The position numbers and the translations under genes are program-made. The notes under the pieces are model-generated. The model was not told the DNA's origin. It did no database searches and was given only the letters and a program-made list of their open reading frames with translations. Shown in pieces: positions 13,533 to 26,399 of a stretch of 64,000 nt of DNA. Source of the stretch: the human T2T-CHM13v2.0 reference genome, Homo sapiens. How positions within the stretch are numbered: position 1 is the stretch's first letter; each line of letters begins with the position of its first letter. The DNA is taken from the NCBI RefSeq assembly GCF_009914755.1, contig NC_060925.1; one strand, given 5' to 3'.

Positions 13533-15585
13533 TACATTCTGTATTTTAATAGTTCAAAGCTGCCGCCTTTTGCTTTGTTTAGCAGTTAGATACATTGGTG
13601 ACACAGGGCATCATCTGGCTTGCAGGATCTCGTGTGGATTTTCTTTCCTACGCTGGAAACTACTAAACTCTAGCTATTCAGATGCCACTTCATATTCTAA
13701 AATCCAAATCAAATAGAAATAAACAGTACTGTATGGCAAAGGTGTACCTCACCGAGAACTCAGGTCCACTGAGCCCCCAGCGTAGATAGACATTCCACCT
13801 CCCAGATGGTGGAAAAAAGGATTGATGGCTGGTTCTGCTCCACCCTCAGAGACTGTGCCAGAACACCTTCTACCCTGGATATAACTTTTTTAAGTTTCCA
13901 GAACAATGTATGTGGTAAATATACATCTATTCTCAAATTAGATGTTTAAAAATAAAAACCCAAAGTAAGATTTGACTGTAACAGAATAGACGGTGCCTTC
14001 CTGTTAAATCATTCATATGTTCCTAGTTAGATGGATTTGCCTGTGTCCCAGGACTTTATATCTCCTTCAGTTTAAGTTTTGTATTTTTGCTATCTGCCAT
14101 AGTGCCTGACACTCAGAAATGTTCCCTTTGTATATGAATTGATTTAGTTGTGGATTCTAGTAAGTTACATACAAGGTTTCTATAATGTGGTAAGAATTTT
14201 ACAAATATACACGAGCTTAGACATTTCAATACAATGTCCTTCAATGCTGTACATCCATTTCAATGTGATGCTCCCCTTAATCAAAGCATTTTAGGAACTC
14301 CAATCTGAAAATGGTCTTCACATAAATTCTTAAGGACCAAGCAGCTGGAACAACACCACCACCACCAAAAGCGAAAAACAGGTTTTATTCTGAACTAAAT
14401 TTTTTCCAAAAACCTAACATTTGAGATTAGCCAATTATGTCGTATTCTTAAATCAAATTAGGTATCATATTTGGACTCAAATGCCTTGTGGCTGTTTCTA
14501 AAATTTGAAACTATGTTGAAAGGAAAAAGATGCAATTCTGAAAGAGAATTTCCATGTCCATTTTAAGTGACAGCAGCAGAGAGAAATATACAGACCCCCA
14601 GGAGGACAGCTTTGAAAAGTAAAATGCCCATTTGGATGTGTAAATTATCGCTTGATTGTAATGGCAATAATTCATACTTAATTGCCTCCAGTTTTTTTTG
14701 TAGGTTAATGACACTAGGATAGTTATAGGTCAGCTGACAGCCGGTTAACAGAGGGATCTATGCTTCCTTGCACCTCTCTGAGAGTATGGTTATACTTCTA
14801 TACGGGCTTGAGGGTCTCAGATACTAAGGCTACTCATTCAATGCCTTCACTTCCTCAGACAGTGGTTTTCTAAAATAGAATGTCTCTTCTTGGGCTTCCT
14901 CTTAGGAACAAGGGAGAAGGCCAAGACTTTAAAATCTGCACTTCTCAAATGCATACATGAAGCCAGTGGGGTTTAGGCAGTTCTCTTTGTCCTAAGCTTG
15001 AGAGAGAGTGTAGATTTCCCTCCTGGTCAACTTCTAGTCCCTTCTTCCTAACCTGAAGTCCTACTTCTGTGTCTGATAAGCGGAATCAAGTGACTGAGAA
15101 TTCTGCTACTCTTTTAGCCCTGTGACCTTGAATAAAACGTTTAATCTCTCTAAGCCTATTTTCCTATCTGTAAAATGGAGGATTTACTTCCTTTCAGGGT
15201 TGTTTTGTGGATTGAACAACCGTGATGTTTTATGTGGATGAATGTAAAACACCTAGAATAATGAATGGCACGTAAAATATGTTAAATAAATGTTAGATGG
15301 CTTTCTGTCCCCTCTAGCCTTCTTCTCTTCCCATATGTACATATTTCAATTTAGAATGGTAATAATAGTTAACATTTACTATGTACAGTAAATGTATAAT
15401 TAACATTTACTATATTATACCATATAACTTACTATGTGTCAGGAACCGTTCCCTGAATTTTACTATTTTACATAATCCCCTAAACAATCCAATGAGGTAG
15501 GTGACCACAGGTTTTAGGTCAGCAGTTCTCAAAGTGTGGTCTGTGGACCCCTGGGGTTCCTGAGACCCCTTCAGGGTCAAAACTG

Positions 15586-15853
15586 TTTTTTTGTTTTGTT
15601 TTTTTTTGAGACGGAGTCTCACGCTCACTACAAGCTCTGCTTCCCAGGTTCAAGCAATTCTCCTGTCTCAGCCTCCCGAGTACCTGGGACTATAGGTGCC
15701 CGCCACCACGCCTGGCTAATTTTTTTGTTGTTGTTGTATTTTTAGTAGAGACGGGTTTCACCGTGTTAGCCAAGATGGTCTCGATCTCCTGACCTCATGA
15801 TCCATCTGTCTCCGCCTCCCAAAGTGCTGGGATTACAGGCGTGAGCCACCGTG
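15586..15853 (-). mobile_element. Alu (partial)
   Basis: Reverse-complement Alu with an internal deletion. Confidence 0.85.
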
Positions 15854-16099
15854 TTTTCTTAATCCTAAAACTGGGACTAAAATGTCACTCTGTTGACATT
15901 TTTGCTAATGGAGCAAAGCAATGGTGGGCAACATGCCTGACATTCTGGTTTGAATCTAGGCAGTGGCCCTAAACAGTATTGCTAGTTAATTGTACTTTTC
16001 ACTGCTGCAGGCTCACAGTAAAAAACAAAAAACTGAAGAATGTTATGATGAAGTAGTAAAAATTATTAATTTTATTAAAACTTTACCCTTGAGTACACT

Positions 16100-16399
16100 T
16101 CTTTTTTTTTTTTTTTAGACGGAGTTTTGTTCTTGTCACGCAGGCTGGAGTGCAATGGAGTGATCTTGGCTCACTGCAACCTCCGCCTCCTGGGTTCAAG
16201 TGATTCTCCTGCCTCAGCCTCCTGAGTAGCTGGGATTACAGGCGCCCGCCACTACACCCAGCTAATTTTTTGTATTTTTAGTAGAGACAGGGTTTCACCA
16301 TGTTGGTCAGGCTGGTCTGGAACTCCTGACCTCAGGTGATCCACCTGCCTTGGCCTCCCAAAATGCTAGGATTACAGGCGTGAGCCACCGTGCCTGTCC
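16100..16399 (-). mobile_element. Alu (AluS)
   Basis: Full reverse-complement dimer; flanking gagtacac repeat. Confidence 0.92.
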
Positions 16400-17435
16400 G
16401 AGTACACATCTTTTTAATATTCTGTGGAATGAAATGGAAAGCACACATAGAACATTCCTGCTGCATACTGCAGTGATGATGGTTTTCTGGAGGAAAAGCA
16501 CTGGTTTGAGTTTGAGCTGAACTCGCTTCTTTTCTTATGAAACACCAAAGGACGATTGACAGACTAGGGTTGCTCAGACTTGTCTTTCTGAAAATATAAA
16601 CAGAGAGAGCCTGTTGCTTCAAGAAATAGTTCTTGTTGCCAAGGATAAAATTTGAGCTTCCAAGTGAAAAGTTAGAATTTTGGAAAACTTGTATCCAAAC
16701 TCACTGTCACTGTGCGTTTGACACTTTTCCAATACTCAGACTTTTCTGGTGAGATCAGTGGGGATATTAATGAATAAATATTTCTGATGTTGTGTAATGC
16801 AATGTGGTAACATTTGGAAAATCCGCATAACTCGGTGAACCAACATTTTCTAAATGATCAGTGCATGATGTTACAAAATCATGCATGGGTGAAAGATCTG
16901 TTCATAGGGAAAGATGCAAAGACCAAAGGATTTTAATGTAATAAAGTACAAAAAGATCACTGACATGTTATCAGATTCTATATTGCAACTAACCTTTAAG
17001 AAACCACCACTCGCTGAGTTTTGGTATAGTATTAAAGATTATCTACAATGATCATAAAAGGCTATTAAAATACTCCTCCCTTTTCTAACTACATATCAAT
17101 GTGAGGCCGCATTTTCTTCATATATTTCAACCGAAACAAGATGAGAATACAGTATACAGAAGCAGATATGAGAATTCAGCTTTTTTCCATTATGCTGGAT
17201 ATTAAAGAGATTTGCAAAAATGTAAAATGATGCCACTCCTCACTAAATGATTATTTTTGAAATTTTTTCACAAAAATATTATTTATGTTATCCTATAATG
17301 GGTTATCACTTTTAAATGAATTAGTAAATATTTTTTAAGCTTTTAACTTCTAATAAAGCAAATATGATATATACAACAATTTTTAGAGTATGTAAAACCC
17401 CTGAGACCAAAACACTTAAGAATTATTGACTTAGG

Positions 17436-17722
17436 GGCCGGGCACGGTGGCTCGTGCCTGTTAATTCCAGCACTTTGGGAGGCTGAGGTGGGTGGATCAC
17501 TTGAGATCAGGAGTTTGAGACCAGCCTGACCAACATAGTGAAACCCTATATCTATTAAAAATACAAAAATTAGTCAGGTGTAGTGGCGGGCGCCTGTAAT
17601 CCCAGCTGCTCGCGAGGCTGAGGCAGGAGAATTTCTTGAACCCAGGAGGCAGTGCTGAGATAGCACCACTGCACTCTAGCCTGAGTGACAGAGCAAGACT
17701 CCATCTCAAAAAAAAAAAAAAA
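17436..17722 (+). mobile_element. Alu (AluS)
   Basis: Full dimer; TSD tattgacttaggg on both sides. Confidence 0.92.
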
Positions 17723-18060
17723 GTATTGACTTAGGGAGATTAACACTTGCCCACACAATCACCAAGTAGTGGATCTTAGAGCTTGACTTCCAAAGTCAGT
17801 GTTATCATTATTGGTTTTAGATGTAAAGCTTCAAAAATATCTCTGTACCTTTGAGAAACTGGGGATGGACCACATCAGGATGAGGGAATTCTGGGCAGGT
17901 AAGCAGAGATGATGTGTTCCTAGTTTTCTTTGACTATGCTTATAAGACCCTTAGCATTCAATGTTATTCCAATTATGGACACAATGGCCTCTGGACCCCT
18001 TACGCTGGTATTTCTTAGAGGTAGAAGATAAATCTTTTTCTTTCTAAAATGTGAATAAAA

Positions 18061-18344
18061 GGCCAGGTATGGTGGCTCATGCCTGTAATCCCAGCATTTG
18101 GGAGGCCAGGAGTTTGAGACCAGCCTAGGCAATGTGGCGATTCCCCATCTTTACAAAAAAATTTTAAAAAACTAGCTGGGTGTGGTGGAACACATCTGTA
18201 GTCCTAGCTACTCGGGAGGCTGAGGTAGGAGGATTGCTTGAGCCCAGGAGTTCAAGGCTGCAGTGAGCCATGACTGTACCACTTGCACTCCAGCCTGGGT
18301 GACAGAGCAAGACCCTGACTCAAAGGGGAAAAAAAAAAAAAAAA
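18061..18344 (+). mobile_element. Alu (AluJ)
   Basis: gagcccaggagttcaaggctgcagtgagcca J-type right arm and A tail. Confidence 0.88.
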
Positions 18345-18543
18345 CAGGAAGGGGGAATACAAAGATGACCCATTGCTCTCTTGGTTCAGGCATCCTCTTG
18401 TATCTCGATTTTTTTTTTTTTTTTTTTTTTACCACAACCCACAGTAAGGAATAATTTTTACATCCAATGCAGTATACACATTCATGTGTATGTAAGCCTA
18501 AAACAAAAGTTTCACCAAACAATATCCTTACCACATGTGGCAG

Positions 18544-19375
18544 TTTTTTTTGTTTGTTGTTTTGTTTTGTTTTGTTTTGAGTCTCGCTCTGTCGCCCAGG
18601 CTGGAGTGCAGTGGCGCGATCTCCACTCACTGCAAACTCCACCTCGTGGGTTCACGCCATTCTCCTGCCTCAGCCTCCTGTGCTGAGACCAGCTCAGTAG
18701 GGTAGACCCTAATCCAGTGGCACTAGAGGAATTAAAGACACACACACACAGAAATATACAGGTGTTAAGTGGGAAATCAGGGGTCTCACAGCCTTCAGAG
18801 CTGACAGCCTCAAACAGAGATTTACCCACGTATTTATTAACAGCAAGCCAGTCATTAGCATTGTTTCTATAGATATTAAATTAACTAAAAGTATCCCTTA
18901 TGGGAAATGAAGGGATGGGCCAAATTAAAGGGATAGGTTGGGCTAGTTAACTGCAGCAGGAGCATGTCCTTAAGGCACAGATCGCTCATGCTATTGTTTG
19001 TGGGTTAAGAATGCCTTTAAGTGGTTTTCCACCCTGGGTGGGCCAGGTGTTCCTTGCCCTCATTCCAGTAAATCCACAACCTTCCAGCGTGGGTGTTGTG
19101 ACCATCATAACATGTCACAGTGCTGCAGAGATTTTGTTTGTGGCCAGTTTTGGGGCCAGTTTATGGCCAGATTTTGGGGGGCTTGTTCCCAACACTCCTG
19201 AGTAGCTAGGACTACAGGCGCCCGCTACCACGCCTAATTTTTTTTTTTTGTATTTTTAGTAGAGACCGGGTTTCACCCTGTTAGCCAGAATGGTCTTGAT
19301 TTCCTGACCTCGTGATCCACCCGCCTCGGCCTCCCAACATGCTGGGATTACAGGCGTGAGCCACTGCGCCCGGCC
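18544..19375 (-). mobile_element. AluY-type element split by an LTR insertion
   Basis: Right arm 18544-18680, remainder 19195-19375; Alu TSD ccacatgtgg at 18531-18540 and 19376-19385. Confidence 0.88.
18681..19194 (-). mobile_element. MER9 solo LTR (HERV-K HML-3)
   Basis: 514 bp TG...CA element whose minus strand begins tgttgggaacaagccccccaaaatctggccataaactggcc; 6-bp TSD ctcctg at 18675-18680 and 19195-19200. Confidence 0.88.
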
Positions 19376-19643
19376 CCACATGTGGTATTTTCTAATTTGT
19401 TATTTCATTAAAAAGAAAAGCTGGTCATAATTTACTAAACTGATTTTACAACCACTTGTGCCCTACTAGAGTGTTTCTCCACGACAAGAATATACCCAAG
19501 GCTGAGAGATGTTAATACAAGCAGTTCCCAACTAAGAATCTTTCCAGACAATGATCATGTCTTTCCTGGTTATGTGAAATCTGAAAACATTTCCCATGAA
19601 ACAATCTGAAAGGTGGCTGGGAAGGGAAGTAACATTTTCTGAG

Positions 19644-20358
19644 TGCTATGGTTTGAATATGTCCCCCAAAGTTCGTGTGTTAGAAATAATCCCCAATGCA
19701 ACAGTGTTAAGAGGTGGAAACTTTAAGAGATGATTAGGTTATGAGGGCTCTGCCATCATGAATGATTAATGCTGTCTGTTATTGCTGGAGTAGGCTAGTT
19801 ATCTTGGGAGTGGGTTCCTAATAAAAGGCTGAAGTTTGGCCTCCTTCTTCTTCCGTTGCCCTTTCACCTTCAGCCACAGGATAATGTAGCAAGATGGCCC
19901 TCAGCAGATGTGGGCCCCTCCACCTTGGACATCCCAGCTTCCAGAACTGTAAGAAACCAATCTCTGTTCTTCATAAATTACCCAATCTAGGCCAGGTATG
20001 TTGGCTCATCCCTGTAATCCCAGTACTTTGCGAGGCTGAGGCGGGTGGATCACTTGAGCTAGGAGTTTGAGACCAGCCTGGGCAACAAAGTCAGACCCTG
20101 TCTCTACAAAAAAATACAAAATTAGCAGGTGTGGTGGTGCAAGCCTGTGGTCCCAGCTACCCAGGAGGCTGAGGTTGGAGGATGGCTTGAGCCAGAAAGC
20201 AAAGGTGCAAAGGTTGCAATGAGTCGAGATCGTGCCACTGCACTCTAGCCTGGGCAACAGAGCCAGACCCTGTCTCAAAAAACCAACCAACCAACCAACC
20301 CACAAAAACCATACCCAATCTGAGGTTTTGTTATAACAGCACAAAGTGAACTAAGGCA
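19644..20358 (+). mobile_element. MaLR solo LTR (MST-type) interrupted by an Alu
   Basis: tgctatggtttgaat...gaactaaggca termini; 5-bp TSD ctgag at 19639-19643 and 20359-20363. Confidence 0.85.
19990..20310 (+). mobile_element. Alu (AluJ) with (CAAC)n tail
   Basis: Dimer flanked by the repeat tacccaatct. Confidence 0.88.
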
Positions 20359-21545
20359 CTGAGTATCTATTACATACATTATTTCTCAACAACACTCCTG
20401 AGAGGAAGAAAATACCATTCCATTATGTAGATAGGAAAAGTGCAGTTCAGAGAGGATAACTGGTAGTTGGGTACCCTAGGTCATTTGGCTCCAAAACTGC
20501 TCTTTTTAGTATATGACAGTATTTCTGTATGTTTATAGGGACAGCTCCCTCCAACCCCCTACTTCTCTGAAAACACAAAATTCCATTCAACCAAATTTAG
20601 CAGGATGCTACAGAACCTAATTACCATTTATGGAGATAATCTATGTAGAGATTATCCTTAATTATAACTTGGGCTCTAAAAACACATTCTCCACAATGGT
20701 ATAATGTTTAACATCCCATTAACTCCCCAGTTTACTCCTAAAATATGCCAGAGCAATGGAAAAGTATTCTCAGTGACTTCAGAGGCAGCAGGGAGACAGA
20801 GGAGACAGGGACAACTTGAGGTGTTTCCAGCATTTCCAGCTTAGAGGAAAGCAGGTGGCAGTGTCTGGCTCTTTGCCCCATCTGAGTGGTATTTTTTCAG
20901 CTCTCTTAAGTCCTCCTCCCCCTACTCCCAAGGAATTTCTGGAAATGAAATATCCTGGAAGAACAATCTCTTCTTTTGCTCAGCATTAAAATAACTCTAC
21001 AGCTAAGCATTCAGGTATGAACTACCATTCTTGATACAAATGTCAGCAGCAGAAACAACCTTACATTTCTACACCTAAAAATGGCTGTTGAATGGCGGAG
21101 GGCGGGTGGCTGGTTTCTGAGGGACGTCTGAATATTTCCACCATAAATCCATTTCTAGGTCTGATAAGGCAGCCACCAAAACAAAAAACAAAAAGCACCT
21201 GCACTCCCCTCTTGCTGTTGATGCAAGCCTGCTGCTAGCTCTCCACATCACCGGTGAGGGAATCCTAGCTTCAGGCCTCTAACCCTGACTAGTGACTCAT
21301 CTGGGAGTAAAGGGGTCACATATTTCTATCTGTGTGCCTACAAACTAGAGATCAGCAAGGTCTGCAAAGTTTTAGCCCCAGGAAGAATGAAAACCGGAAG
21401 CAGTCATGTTCTTTCTCTCCTCTCTGCCAAGCTCCTGAAGGAGAGAGGGTGCCTTCTGCTCACCTCAACTTTTCTTACCTATCACATTACTTTGTGCTCC
21501 ATTTTCTACGGCTAGGCATTTGCTAAAGTATGAGCAAATGAACAT

Positions 21546-21562
21546 TTTATTAGTATTTTATT
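21546..21562 (-). terminator. SVBP: SVBP polyadenylation signals (two AATAAA)
   Basis: tttatt at 21546-21551 and 21557-21562, about 340 nt downstream of the SVBP stop on the minus strand. Confidence 0.75.
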
Positions 21563-21691
21563 TGTATTTTTGGAGAAGATATAGAGTTTCATGAGAAACA
21601 CTGATTTTTCTCAAACAATAGAAAAAGTGTTTTTTGTGTGTGTTTTTTTTTTTTTTTTAAAAAAACCCAAAAAACAAAACCACTGTCTTAG

Positions 21692-21848
21692 AAGAAGAAA
21701 ACAAGTCTCTTCAGCAAGCATGTGGCCAATTCAGATGGGAGGAACCAGTGAAGTTAGAAGTTACACACAGGAAGTGAGTTCAGATTTATCCACAAATGTC
21801 TTCTGGTCTAGTTCTGTAAGGCTCCAAATGGGCCATCTCAGCTTAAAA
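21692..21848. repeat. Direct repeat copy A (SVBP 3'UTR), about 90% identical to 22221-22372
   Basis: Manual alignment; first 40 nt identical. Confidence 0.93.
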
Positions 21849-21902
21849 CTGGCAACACCCTCTCAAAGCTCTCAGGATCCCATCTGGTTTGAACCTGGGG
21901 CC

Positions 21903-21989
21903 TCATTCTCCAGGAGGCTGCATCTGTTTACAGAACTCATCAAACTGCTGCTGCTCCAGTTCTGTCATGACTCTGTTGAGGGCATAGAT
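21903..21989 (-). CDS. SVBP: SVBP last coding exon (small vasohibin-binding protein)
   Basis: Minus strand ttcag|[31 protein letters not shown]. Confidence 0.97.
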   Translation of the reverse strand: MYALNRVMTELEQQQFDEFCKQMQPPGE

Positions 21990-22220
21990 CTGAATGAGAG
22001 AAAGAGATACATCTGTTAGCAATGGAAGCAGCTGCACAAAGCATCTTCTGACATAACAGGTGGTGCCTTCTGAAAATACCAGAATTTCACCAGTAGTGGT
22101 AATGCAGGGACAGTGCTCTGGGAATAGGAAAGTTAGATATTAGTTCCATCTGGAGAATCAAGACAGCAGCAGTGATGCAGGTGGCTTGATTTGGTCTTTA
22201 AGGGATTAGTAGGATCCCTT

Positions 22221-22372
22221 AAGAAGAAAACAAGTCTCTTCAGCAAGCATGTGGCCAATTGAGATTGAGGAACCAGTGAAGTAGAAGTTACATACAGGAA
22301 GATCAGATTTATCCACAAATAATCTTCTGGTCTAGTTCTGTAAGGCTGCAAATTGGCCATCTCAGCTTAAAA
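22221..22372. repeat. Direct repeat copy B (SVBP last intron)
   Basis: Manual alignment to 21692-21848. Confidence 0.93.
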
Positions 22373-22619
22373 TCTATCATGGGACATGACAGGTGGTGGG
22401 GGAGGCTTTATGTGTAAATAAATGTAATGGAAAAGTATAGAGTCTGTTCTGGAAACTTCAAGCATGCCAATATAAAGGATATTATAGAGTAGGGGTTGGG
22501 GAGCTGGAGAAAGCAAGAAAATTATGTTGGGGTCTTAAATGTCATGCCAAGGAATCTGGATTTTATCTGGCAGATTCTGGAGAGCCAGCAAAGATAAGTG
22601 TGCAGGGGAGCAATGTGAA

Positions 22620-23478
<859 letters not shown>

Positions 23479-23779
23479 TAAGCAACGTTGATTCTTTCTG
23501 TGCTTTAGGAGGCATCTGTTACAACAGTCCAGACAGGAGGTCGTGGGAATATCGTCTACAGCAGGCAGTGGTGATGGAAAGAAGATGGCAAGAGACATCC
23601 TCAGGTGAAAGGCAGGGTAACTACACCTTATTCCTCATCATCTTTCTTTATTCTTAATTAATCCACCCACTAAGAACAGAAACAGATCACAAAACTTCCT
23701 AATTTGTAGAAGAAAAAAATGAAAGACAGAGTGTGTGTGTGTGTAGAGGAGCTATAACTTGATTAATTGAAAAGACAAG

Positions 23780-24550
23780 GAAGGGGGAAAAAATGAAACT
23801 TAGAAGTGGGACAAATAGAAAATACAAAATAAAGAGCAGAAACGAATGAAAAAGCAACCAAACCTACAATAGAGAGGATCACCAAGACTGCCAGATGGTT
23901 CCTTGAAAATACTAAAAAAAACCTTGCAAACCTCTGACATGACAGATCAACATAAAAGGGAGTGGGCACAAATAAACATTATTAGGAACTAGAAAGAAGA
24001 CTTAACTACTGACATAACAGAAATGAAAATGAAACATTATGAACTCCGTGCCAACACATTTGACAACCTAAATGAAACAAGTTCCTAGGAAAAGTAAAAT
24101 GATCCAAACTGACTAGAAAGCTTGAATATTCCTGTCATCTTTAAGAAAAATGGAATTCTACACAGTGATGAAAATAGTTACTAACACTACCGCAAATGAT
24201 TCTTGAAACACAGAATGCGGCTGATGAAACTAGTAAATTTTATGTATATTTTACCATAATAAAAATAAATAAACTTGAATGGTTAAAAAAAGGCTGAGTG
24301 AAGACAGCCAGTCACGGTAACATATATAAAAGGTCAGAAACATTCAAAACAATATATTGTTACACAACAAAATATTTAGAGGTACACAGACAGTAAATTA
24401 ACGTAGAACAGCAAGAATGATTAGCATAAAATACAGCAAAGAGGGTACTGCTGGTGGGAAGGGTGAGGTACATGACCAGGAAAGGAGTACACAAAGCTTC
24501 CCAGTTACTGGTCACGTTCTATAGTTGGGTGTTTTATTCTTAAGCCACAT
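23780..24550 (+). mobile_element. Old L1 (L1M/L1ME) fragments
   Basis: Degenerate A-rich L1 ORF2 and 3' end-like sequence. Confidence 0.6.
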
Positions 24551-24576
24551 ACACACATTATATAAATATACTTTTA

Positions 24577-24594
24577 ACACACACACACACACAC

Positions 24595-24640
<46 letters not shown>

Positions 24641-24928
24641 TTTTTTTGTGAGCAGAGTCTTGCTCTGTCACCAGGCTGGAGTGCAGTGACCCGATCTCAG
24701 CTCACTGCAACCTCCGCCTCCTGGTTCAAGCAATTCCCTTGCCTCAGCCTCCTGAGTAGCTGGGACTACAGGCGTGCACCACCGTGCCTGGCTAATTTTT
24801 TGTATTTTAGTAGAGACGGGATTTCACCATGTTGGCCAGGATGGTCTTGATCTCCTGACCTCGTGATCTGCCCACCTTGGCCTCCCAAAGTGCTGGGATT
24901 ACAGGTGTGAGCCACTGTGCCCGGGCCC
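24577..24928 (-). mobile_element. Alu with (CA)n microsatellite tail
   Basis: (CA)n at 24577-24635, then reverse-complement Alu. Confidence 0.9.
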
Positions 24929-25328
24929 ACATATATACATATATATTTGAAAACCTCTGCTTGCTTCATTCACTAAGTATTTACTGAGCATTTTTAATCT
25001 GCACATTACTGTACTAGGGACTGAGATGCAAATTAAATAGCTTCTCAGAGACCTCCAGATCAAGGAGGCAAGATGGTAGGAGAAAGAGGAGACTCACAAT
25101 GGGTCAGGGTGTCCAGGCCAAAGAATGACTCTCAGTCAAGAAGGAAACGGACCCTAGCAGTGTCAAACGGTGCTTCCACTGCCAATGTGCCTTCCGTTCC
25201 CATTCACCTCCCACATCTCTCCTTCACATCTAACTTTCTGGAATCTGGCGTCTGCAGAATTGAATAGAAACTGTCTCTTCCTCCCCACAAAGGGTCTTGT
25301 TGCATTACATTCCAGGCAATAAAGATTA

Positions 25329-25718
<390 letters not shown>

Positions 25719-26399
25719 TTAGACCACAGGCCTGCCCCTCTTTAACTACAGGACTCTACTCACATCCCTTTGAAGTGAGGATAATACTGCCTACCTCACA
25801 AGGCCATATATTTTACATATCGGATTAACCAAGGTTAAATGGGAGTCACAATAACTCCTGCTTTGGAGCCCTGGTGTGAGGACTACATGTGGCTATGCAT
25901 GTGTAGGCTTGGCTCGGTCCTGGCACATCTCAAGAGCTGCACGGGGCCAGCTGCTGCTTGAGTGCAGCAACGTTGCATTTCAGCAGGTCAACAGGAACTC
26001 AGCAGTTGTTCAATTTAGGGTCCACACAATAAGAGCAGGCTGCCTGCTTGGAAACACAAGATTATTCCTGATCATAATCACTGCTAGTTATCAAATGCTT
26101 CCTCTGCCAAGTACTGCGCTATGGGCTTTACACGTGGTATTTCTATTCCTTTTAATGGTCTTCTGAGGTAGATGTTATCCTCATTTTACCAAGGAGGAAC
26201 TGATGAACTGGGGGTTCAGAGAGGTTAAGTATCTTGTCCAACGTCACATGGAAGAACTGGGATTTATGGAGGAGCTGAGATTTGAAGTCAGACAAATAAA
26301 TTTAACCTATAGAACTTTACAGAAGGGTGTCAATAAGGGCATGAACAATGTCCTCAACATCTATCCTTACAATATGCACAGAGGACAGTTTCATAGGGC

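Larger units (their letters stand above)
15520..17428 (+). mobile_element. hAT-Charlie (Charlie1-like) DNA transposon fossil interrupted by two Alus
   Basis: Termini cagcagttctcaaagtgtgg...cacttaagaattattg (imperfect TIR); internal Charlie-like transposase remnants. Confidence 0.75.

Noticed and set aside
21591-22019. 142-aa + strand ORF
   Set aside because: Antisense to the SVBP last exon and spans homopolymer tracts; no independent coding signal.
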